Positions 14,380-24,255 of a stretch of 57,545 bases of DNA are shown here, one piece after another. The stretch spans positions 1 through 57,545 of the forward strand of contig JBEUKZ010000004.1 of NCBI GenBank assembly GCA_048128005.1. Direction: 5' to 3'. Each line of letters starts with the position of its first letter. Position 1 is the first letter of the stretch. Origin of the DNA: Veleropilina oligotropha (lineage: Eukaryota). The notes under the pieces were generated by a model, which did not search any database, had not been told where the DNA came from, and worked only from the letters and a program-made list of their open reading frames with translations. The position numbers were made by a program, and so were the translations under genes.

Positions 14380-15150
14380 CTAAAATAAAGATTCTAAACT
14401 ATTATCTGTACATAACCGCAAGTACTTGTTGAGCATATCCAAGGAGCAACCTTTCAGAAATTTATTTAAATATCCAGCAACCGCAGATTGTGTTGTTGTC
14501 ATATCAGCAGGGAAGGTTCAGATGTCCAATACTTTCTTAGTTGTGGGCGTAATATTCATATACATAATATCGATATCTGTTGTCAAAATTGGTTTTAAAT
14601 CGCGAAGAAGAATATCACGCCAACAATCAGATACGAATGCAGGTTCTTGAACTATGTGTTTGTTTGCTAGTTCCTCCAGAACTTTTGAGAGGGACTCTTT
14701 GGTAATGCATGTGCGTACATCATACGACTCCATGGCGTACATAATTTCATTGAGATCAATAGATTCAAAATTTTCAATGGCTCTCTTGATCACCTCTCGT
14801 TCGATTTCAGGCATGTAGTTTAGGAAATCTTCAATAATTTCAAAATTGTTCGCTATCAACTCCAATGCTCTCTCATAAAACATCAGGATATTTGAATTGG
14901 AAAATACTTTACTTGATAGAATCCCATAACCAGTACTTTGGTGCAAGCTTCCCAGTGGGCGCTGGTCATGGTGTGTAAAAGTGCCAGCACTTTGACAGTT
15001 TCTCCCAATGTACACATTTCACAAAATGTATTCCAAAATTCTGACAGATCATCTCTTAAAACACCTCCACTATCTTCTCCTTGTGCCATTCGACCATTTG
15101 GTAAAATCATTGCAATTTCGAACCTAGATTTCTTAATATCCGGATCATGC
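14380..15150 (-). pseudogene. Frameshifted, intronless HECT-like domain remnant
   Basis: ILPNGRMAQGEDSGGVLRDDLSEFWNTF..WEACTKVLVMGFYQVKYFP resembles the HECT N-lobe GxDxGGxxRE motif; continues across frameshifts to GYLNKFLKGCSLDMLNKYLRLCT; no catalytic HTC motif found. Confidence 0.55.
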
Positions 15151-15179
15151 TGAATAAAATACTGAATAAACTCATCACA

Positions 15180-15320
15180 TACCAGTTACGGACAACTATA
15201 ATGCATAGCAGAACAAATAATGACAATGTCCCAACCGACATTCAAAACGTCAACTGTTCGTCAGCGAAATCAAGCCAATGATTTCAGAGTCGGCACTCGA
15301 GACCAGACGACTGGCGGAGA
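15180..15320 (-). mobile_element. Partial SINE copy (same family)
   Basis: accagttacggacaact..actgttcgtcagcgaaatcaagccaatgatttcagagt matches the other copies. Confidence 0.55.
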
Positions 15321-15949
15321 TTGTCCAAACAGCACATACACAACTTTTCAATGATGTCAAAGGAAATCATGTTCTCTTGAAATGTGCTAGAAAAGTTACT
15401 GTACACTCAGCCACCCCTCTATATGACCACATGATGAAGGCGATGTGTTATTCCAGGAACATCACATGTCTCGTGGGAATTTCTGTATGATAGCAATCCA
15501 ATGTGCTAGTTTTGATATAGTTTCACCTAACACCGTGAATCAGCTATCATTCACAAAATGAAAGTCCATAGGCGATTGTATACGGATCTGGTCTATTAAC
15601 GAAAGGTCTAACGTTCACTCCTTGAGTGTGCCGATTATTCAGCGCTGCGTCCATTGCACACAGTACAGATTCATTTCATATTTCAAAGTTGATTGACTCG
15701 ATGTATAACTGAAATACTGTTGGCGTGGACTTTAAGCGCCAATTCACCTTCCATAACCAAGCATATTTCTAATAAATTACCAACAAATCTAATTTTATTT
15801 TTTTCCAGATTGTTATTAAAATACATATTTTTCTAGAATGAGACAAACTATCTGCTGATAAATAATATCACAACGCACCTATGTTATTACTAGCTATTTT
15901 TATGTCGTGCCCTTTTTGTAGTGGGCCCATACACCGAAATGAGCCTTTA

Positions 15950-16430
15950 AACATTTGACTGTCATCTGCGTAGAAATGATATGACAGATTGTATTTGGAG
16001 GCAATCTCTGCTACGGGCGTGACATATTACATTGAAAACAGAATCGAACTTAAGACGGAACCTTGTGGCACACCGTAAGGGAGAGAGGCAGGGTCACATT
16101 TCATGCCGTTTATGATGACGGTTTGTTTTCGCTCATGTAGATATGACTTGATCCATGTAAGCGCCGATTGCTTGATTCCAAAGTAGGAGTTCAGGCGATT
16201 AAACATAATTTTGTGGTCAATTGTATCGAAAGCTGCACTTAGGTCAAGTAAGGCGAGAGTAACCATTGATTTCTGATGAAGATATTGAAGGATGTCATTC
16301 TGAACATTTAAAAGGGTTGTTTCTATGGAGTGAAACATGCGATACGCTGATTGACATTTGTTCAAAAGCATGTGATTTTTCAATTGAGAGTTTTGTCGAA
16401 TTGTTACAACACGTTCCACAAGTTTCGAAA
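15950..16430 (-). pseudogene. L2-type LINE reverse transcriptase fragment
   Basis: QSAYRMFHSIETTLL..LLDLSAAFDTIDH..YGVPQGSVL, then after a frameshift HFYADDSQ. Confidence 0.9.
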
Positions 16431-17288
16431 CATAACTTCGATTATTAACTGTTAATCCATTTTGACCTACGTTTCCATTGTATTAACTGTAGATTATTTT
16501 TCACGAATCCACTGCTACAAAATCATTGTGTCTCCTTGAACGACCAATTAAACAAGCGTTATGTGCATTAATTCCATGCTATGGACGATTCCATTCCAGA
16601 AAATGAGGAAAGCATGTTTAACGCAGTATATAATCCAAAAAGGTAGATTTATCTGCGGACGAGTCCATTCTAGTACACTTGGACACTGAAAAGAAAATAT
16701 TAATTATTTTAACGCGTAGCCAACATTTTTGCACTGACAACAAACTTCAAGCACATTAAATTCGTTACCCAAATGAAGAAAATGTAATACACGTTTAACG
16801 TTCAGAAGAATCTGGCAATACTCCATATAATGCTGTTGTTCATATGAACGATGTTCCATTGCTTTACTTTGAAACGAACACCGAGAGCTATTTAAATATT
16901 ATATCACAGAAATGTCGTTAAAATACAACATATATTTGCAATATTATACTATACCTGATGCTCTCTGCAGAGTTAAATCCCACGTGTGCTCTGGTCAAAC
17001 ATCTCAAGCCAACTGAGCGTGCTTTGAAATGTACATCATGACGCCGCAAAAATATTTCGCCTTGCACGCCGGTATAATTGCACTTAACGAGCACATTAAA
17101 CGTCTATTCATAACCATGATTAGCGGCGCCTTCAACTAATTAGGAATGGGATCCGACAGGAGTTTTGGGAGAGTAAACCCCAATTCGTACAAAATTTCTA
17201 TCGTATTGTTTTTAAATTGGCGATTTCATGTATATAATAATGTTTAAAATATAACAAATAGCTAATATTGTCAAAATGGATTAAGTAA

Positions 17289-17390
17289 GTTAACCCACAT
17301 GGGACTGTTGATTCTTTAAAATTAATGCACTCGGGCCTGTCGGCCCTCGTGCATTATTTTTCAAGAATCAACAGTCCCATGTGGGTTAAC
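17289..17390. repeat. 102-bp near-perfect palindrome (hairpin)
   Basis: gttaacccacatgggactgttgattctt..taatgcac tc gggcc tgtc ggccc tc gtgcatta..aagaatcaacagtcccatgtgggttaac. Confidence 0.95.
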
Positions 17391-17970
17391 CTATACGTAG
17401 ATAATTTTTCAGATTGTTTTGATCCAAAATGGCATTTTTCCCACATACTATTTGCCTGCTAACGCAGCAGGTTATATGCCAAAAAGTAACGCTACTCTAA
17501 AATTGAAGAAATACATATTAGTGCATACTGATTGAATGTATTTGTCAGTACAGGTCATGAATTGGCTTGAGCACAATGGTGTCATAATGCTCCAATGTGG
17601 CTATATTTGACATCAAAATGATTGGCATGAACTTCTGCATGCTAAGAGACTGCACAGAAACGTTCACCATGCAGAAACAGAGAAAACACCTGTTTGCCTA
17701 TCCGAGCAATGACGCTGAGGTCTCTGCTATTCCAAACAGATTGCAACGTAGTCAGCATATCATACTTTAGAATAGAGCTAAACAAGGCGGCCACCTAGTA
17801 AACAGTGTCGGTTTCTCTCATGGAAAAAGTCTAAATAAGAAACGATCGTCGTAATCATTGATACCGAAGAATGCAGGTAATCGTAGAGTGGATGCATAAA
17901 TCACGGTAATGTGAAAATATTTTCCTGAAGATCTATATATTGACCATATGTTTATGTTTACTCGAAAACA

Positions 17971-18897
17971 ATGGGCCGAAAATATCAAGATACAAAGAGA
18001 AAACGAACGTCCTTGACCCCGGGCAAATCATTTGAAAATAACCCTCCCACATCACCGTCCAATATCGATAAATCTGTGGATACTTTAATAAGCTTGACTA
18101 GCGACCCTGTTGTTCTATCCAACTTTGTGGACAGAATGCTCCAAATACCAACTATCCGTGAAGCATTCGAAAGAAAACTATCCAGCAATCAACAAACCAT
18201 AAACAATACAAATGTTGCCGACATTACCTCCCTTGAACAACGAATTGACAAGCTTGAACAATATTCTAGACGATGTAGTGTTCGTATATCTGGAATAAAT
18301 TATACTCCAAATGAATCGACCGACCAGCTGGTTATCGACATGGCCAAACAACATGGTATTGAAATTAAACCGTCCGAGATTTGTAGAAGCCATCGTATCG
18401 GCCGAGTGTATGGTGACCGCCCACGAGATATCATTGTAAAATTTATATCTCATAATTGCAGAGCGAAAATATTATCCTGCAAAGAACAAGTTATGCACTC
18501 GAACCGCAATACAAATCCAGACCAGCGGATTTTTATTAAAGAGGACCTGACAATAACCAGGGCAAATTTATTTTATCGAGCATGCGTTATGCGCACACAA
18601 GGTCAGATTGAGTCAACCTGGACGTATGACGGACGCATCAACATTAAATTATTGAATGGCTCTCTCGTATCAATAACCAACGGACAGGAGTTAAATAAGA
18701 TAATAAACCAAGAGCTAAATATTTCATATGGGAAAGATGCTTCAGTGCCACCCCTATCTCAGTCGACACCCAAACATGATGTCAGCCAATCTACTCCTGA
18801 GCAGTCACAATTGAGATACTCTGGAAACTCTAACGACGTCAGATTCCAAACACCGACGAGATCAGCTGTAAATCTGCCGTCCGCCCCTGATATATAG
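17971..18897 (+). CDS. LINE ORF1 protein (coiled coil plus L1-ORF1-like RRM/CTD)
   Basis: LEQRIDKLEQYSRRCSVRISGI..RSHRIGR..PRDIIVKF..IFIKEDLT..WTYDGRI; 308-aa intact frame. Confidence 0.85.
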   Translation: MGRKYQDTKRKRTSLTPGKSFENNPPTSPSNIDKSVDTLISLTSDPVVLSNFVDRMLQIPTIREAFERKLSSNQQTINNTNVADITSLEQRIDKLEQYSRRCSVRISGINYTPNESTDQLVIDMAKQHGIEIKPSEICRSHRIGRVYGDRPRDIIVKFISHNCRAKILSCKEQVMHSNRNTNPDQRIFIKEDLTITRANLFYRACVMRTQGQIESTWTYDGRINIKLLNGSLVSITNGQELNKIINQELNISYGKDASVPPLSQSTPKHDVSQSTPEQSQLRYSGNSNDVRFQTPTRSAVNLPSAPDI

Positions 18898-19242
18898 CAT
18901 TACCACAAGCCGGCATATATATATACCACCGAAACAAATACAATATTGCCATTAACACATGATAGGTCCACCGACTGATTGACGATAAATATATGTTAAT
19001 TGTATTAATTGTTCTTATCATGTCCATGTAATTTATTATCTACTGGTATAGAGTAACGGTCATCTCGCGTTGACATTGAAATTGTATCCATAATTTATCC
19101 AATAATATGTTCCATTTAGCAGATACATATGATAAATTCATGTCATACTAGATAGAAACGAGCTTATATACTATTACTTAAGCAATGTTACCATGCTGTC
19201 CCAAATCAGTGTAAACTTTGTATTGTACCTCCATATCAGTTT

Positions 19243-19447
19243 GGCCGCTTCGGCGGTCGTGTGCCGACCCTGGATTCGCTACTTGATTCCGCCAGCTGTC
19301 AGTAGTGGCTTTGACGCTCGGTTGAATCTTTGTTGTCCGGTTGTGAGTCGCGGTTGTTCGTGGCTGGTCGGAGAGGACGGGTTAGCCCGGGGTCTCCTCT
19401 CGCGATGTTTATGGACATGTCCTGCTTTGAACCATGGTTGTAAATAA
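19243..19447 (+). mobile_element. Diverged SINE copy within the LINE inter-ORF spacer
   Basis: ggccgcttcggc..cttgattccgc..cagtagtgg..ggacatgtcctgctttgaacc..gttgtaaata matches the reverse complement of 6590-6850. Confidence 0.65.
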
Positions 19448-19855
19448 TAAGAACTTGATCCAAACCATATTAGTATACTATATAAATAGCAAATTAAATG
19501 ACATTTACATATTACTTCTTATCATTCGTAGTCTTTTACGATACAGTACGTTTTCTAGGAAACAGTTAAATCGCCGTTCCCTTCGTTATTGTACACGATT
19601 GTATACTGAAAGTCCACAACTCTCTATTGTCACTACATTTCTGTAGTTACTAGTAATCGATTACCTTATATTGTCGAATTGTTTATTGTACTTTTTATTT
19701 TTGTTTTCTTATACCCGTTTTGTAACTGTTTACATTCATTTATGAATTCACTATATATGGAGATGAAGCAACTTTTTGTCATCAAGAAAGCTGATTATAA
19801 TCATAACAATTTCAATACCATTAATATATTAACTTGCCTATCAAGGGTAAATTAC

Positions 19856-22717
19856 ATGAAAAATCAAAATATGCATTATTTATTGTGCTGCATTTGCTTA
19901 CTCTTATTAACAAGTATGTCACTTCACCGCAATCCAGGGCCATCAAACTCTCATATTTATATTGTTCACCTTAATATATGTAGCGTCCGAAACAAAATTG
20001 ACTCACTAATTGCTGAACTATCTGCTTATGATATAATTGCTCTATAGGTGAACCCATTTGGATGACTCTGTAAAATATGATGATTTAATAATACCAAATT
20101 TTCAATCTCCCATAAGAAAAGATAGAAACTGCAGAGGTGGTGGGCTTATGATGTATTTTAAAGAAAACATTATCTTCAAACACCGGCCCGACTTAGAAGT
20201 TCATGGAATTGAAATATCCTGGGTAGAAATAACGTCATATAACAACTCAAAACTACTACTTGGCCTTACATACCGGCCACCAAATGACAACCAATTTTTA
20301 TTCCCATTTGAAGAAAGTGTGGACAAAGCATACAATTCAAATCTCGACTTCATTATAATGGGTGACTACAATTACAACATGTTTTCTGATAACAGTAAGA
20401 TTTTTGCCGACTTTCTTGAATTAAAACATCTAGAAAATCTCATTCATTTAGCAACAAGAACAACACCTCAAACGTCCAGTTGCATTGATCTCTTCCTTAC
20501 AACTAATAGAGACATTGTGGCGAGTGCGGACGTTCACCCACCGTTCTGTAGTGATCACTCTCCTATATCATTAGAGTTAGCTATCCAACCACCGAAAACA
20601 ATGACATTCAAAAGGAAAATTTGGGACTACAAAAACATTAACACAGAACGACTTGGTAATGATCTAATTAACTGTGATTGGGATGCCATATTTAATGATG
20701 AAAATGCGTCAAATATTGACGAAGTAAACAAAATTGTAACTAATATCATATCCAATGAAATGAAAGAAAATATTCCAAATAAAATTATCACCATTAGACC
20801 CAAAGATAAACCATTTATAAATAATGAAATAAGGCGTCAAATCAGACAACGAAATCGAGCCTTTAGAAAATTTAAGACAACAAAAAGCATGCATTATTGG
20901 AATAAGTACAAACTTCTACGAAATGAACTCGTCTCAAAAATAAGAATAGCAAAAGAGCGTTATTTCGATGAAACATGCAACGCATATCCGAGCAACCTTC
21001 ATCCGCTAATTGGTGGAATCTTGTAAATAAAATAACTAAATTCAAACCTTCTTCCCCAAATATTCCTCTTATTGTATTGGGACAAATTACAAATTTTCAC
21101 CCTATAGACAAAGCGAACGCCTTAAATAAGCATTTCGCTGACATATCATCAGTTGACACTGAACCTACGATTCCAAACGAGCCTATACTGTGCCCATTCA
21201 AACTGGACGAATTTCAAATAACCGAAGAAGAAGTCACAGATCAACTTTCAATATTAGACGCTACTAAACCAAGCGGACCTGGTGAAATTCCTACACGAAT
21301 ACTAAAACTCTTCCGAAACCAACTAGCAAAGCCGCTTTGCTTGCTTTTTAACTTATCATGAAATTACGTACAGTTCCACAGGAAAGGAACATGTCACATA
21401 TCACACCTATATACAAAGGAAAGGGGGATAAATCTGAAGCAAATAATTATAGACCTATAGCTCTAACATCATGTATTGCAAAAGTCTTTGAAAAAATATT
21501 ATCAAAACATTTAATGAATTACCTAATATCCAAAAACATCCTTTCAATTGACCAGTCCGGTTTTATTCATGGAGACTCCACCGCCAATCAACTTCTGTAT
21601 ATATATAATACTATCATTGAAAGCATGGATCAAGGAAAAGAAGTACGTTTTGTATTTTGTGATATAAGCAAGGCATTTGATCGCGTGTGGCATAAAGGTC
21701 TACTACATAAACTTAAATCCATTGGAATTTGCGACCAATTACTGGACTGGTTCTCCAACTACCTTAGCTCTAGATATCAAAAAGTCGTTCTTGAAGGCTT
21801 TAGCTCATCAGCACTACCAACAAATGCGGGTGTTCCCCAGAGTTCCGTGCTAGGGCCCTTATTGTTCTTAATTTACATAAATGACATAACACACAATGTG
21901 ATATCCAACATCAAACTTTTCGCAGATGACACTTCTTTATATGTTATTTCCGACAACCCACAAGAAACTGTTGATAGTTTACAAGATGATCTCCATTCAA
22001 TGGATGATTGGGCAAATAAATGGGATATAAAATTTAACGGGAGCAAAACAGAATCAATGATATTTACACGACGTCGAAACATACACCATCCCCCATTATA
22101 TTTTAACAACCAATTAGTAAATGAATTTGAAAGCCATACACACCTAGGATTAACTTTGCAATCTGATGGCAAATGGAACTTACAAATTAACAAAATATTT
22201 CAGAAAGCGTCAGCACGCATTGCGATACTGCAAATCAAATCAAATCAAATCAAGTTTTATTTTACGTCGGTACATGTTAAAACAAATACAACATTAGCTC
22301 TACTGAGCTATTAAAACCGACACATAAAATACATACACGAGACAAACAATTACATGGAATTTTCGTACAAAAACAAAACTATTTAAAACAGGGATTTATT
22401 TAATATTAAGTAAACAAAATTGTAACCAATATCATATCCAATGACATGAAAGAAAATATTCCAAATAAAATTATCACCATTAGACCCAAAGATAAACCAT
22501 TAAAACACTATATCAGTCGAAATTCATTAGAACAAATATATGTTACATTCATTCGTCCCATTCTCGAACACAATGATATCATATGAGACAATTGCACGCA
22601 ATATAATGAGAACAAAATAGAAAGCGTTCAATTGGAAGCAGGTCGGATCATAACGGGACTGCGGCGTGGAACGTCACACAATAAAATATACAATGAACTT
22701 GGCTGGGAACAACTAAA
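19856..22717 (+). pseudogene. LINE ORF2 (2A-like NPGP, APE endonuclease, RT), disrupted
   Basis: HLNICSVRNK, YRPP, MGDYN, SDHSP, YRPIALTS, FCDISKAFDRVWH, GVPQ, LFADD; frameshifts near 20045, 20980 and 21358; insertion at 22231-22501; stop near 22585. Confidence 0.92.
22231..22400 (-). mobile_element. 5'-truncated 3' tail of a different LINE/SINE inserted antisense into ORF2
   Basis: Minus strand ends in aataaaact(TGATT)n and contains the stem-loop tagctc-agta-gagcta. Confidence 0.7.
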
Positions 22718-23324
22718 GGCAATTCGACAGCAGAACATAGCCTATTATAGTCGTTTTGCCTATCCAACAGCAATAAGTTATATAAATCAACAAGAACGAC
22801 GCGTTCGAAATATGTCTTGACCATTCTTTATTTCCCTCAAATTTTCATAACAGTTAATACAATGGCTAAGTGCAAGTACTTCATGGCATAATTTAATACC
22901 CCGTCGATTATGACGTCACCCAAATGACGATTAATCTAAGGCGACGTCATAATGACGTCATTGCTATTTGCTTGCAATATTAGACATCAGTTACATACGA
23001 ATAATGATTAAAATGCTCAATAAATGAGGTTTTAATTTAAACCTAATATTAGTATAAAACATACTTACGTCCTTACTCTTGCCATAATAGTCATATTATC
23101 GCTAACCGGAAACAGTGAATAAGTCACATTATGCACTCTTTATAAGTCAAAACGTACCACGATTACCTCCCCTGCTTCCCCTCTCCTAAGTTCCCCCAGC
23201 GAGATCTCGCCAAGTCTCGCGAGACTTCCGAACCATCGAAGTCACAAGGCCTCAATTCAAAGTTCAGAACCCCAAAGGAACTTAGTAGAGGGGAGGAATG
23301 CGAAACGCAGGGTGGGTAATCGTG

Positions 23325-23415
23325 GTAAGGACGTAAGTATGTTTTATACTAATATTAGGTTTAAATTAAAACCTCATATGTAGTTACAAACATACTTACG
23401 TCCTTACTCTTGCCA
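23325..23415. other. DIRS internal complementary region (ICR)
   Basis: 23325-23377 is the reverse complement of 23024-23076; 23375-23415 is the reverse complement of 30446-30486; the halves overlap by CAT. Confidence 0.93.
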
Positions 23416-24255
23416 GAATAACCTTGGATAGGTGGGTAAGAAGTTCCTTACAACAAACCCAAACAAGATAATGACTTACTTTTCACCATTTCAATCAGCA
23501 TTTGAAGCGTCGATTGTGTCCGCCCAGAGTGGAATTTACTGAGTATTATTCTACTCTTACCAAGCGAGAATTTCGACCAGTGTTACCGGGAGAATACGCC
23601 GTGGTGTTAGTCGGACGAGGTGAACGGAAGTGCAATCAGCCCCAGGCACGGCCGGAAGGATGAATCCCTGTAGGTCTTACGTGTCATGGACCAGTGGCAG
23701 CCGAATGGAACTCCGGGCCTATAGGCCGGCAGCCAGAGGATGCAGTCGGATTTGTAAGCACACGGAACCTAACAGGTTGTGAAAGCTTTAAATCAAAGCA
23801 AAGAATTAATAGATTATTATAAATAATCGATATTAATAAGTAATTCGCATGACCAACTTGCGAATGCTAACATGGACGACATGTCACTTAAAAAACATTT
23901 TAAGGAAGCTAATATGTACGACATGTTACTTAAAAATAAATTGTAAGGAATCAAATATTAAAATTTGTTCAATGTATTGAACATCGTATGTTCGATTACA
24001 GCATAGAACATAATAATATTGAACCTCAAATCTGTTAAGATTTGTGCAAAATTATAAAGTTGTTTTATTAAATTCAATGTAATCTGGCTTGTCAATACTC
24101 AGGTATGACATGTAAAGTACAAAATCTTAAAATGCTTTTAAGAAATGAACAGACATTGAACTGCCTCATAGGTGTCTATTTCATAGCACAGCTAGGCCAA
24201 CAAGATAAAATGGTGTCAGCAAATTATGTAAATTGATCAATCAATGAAACAATAC

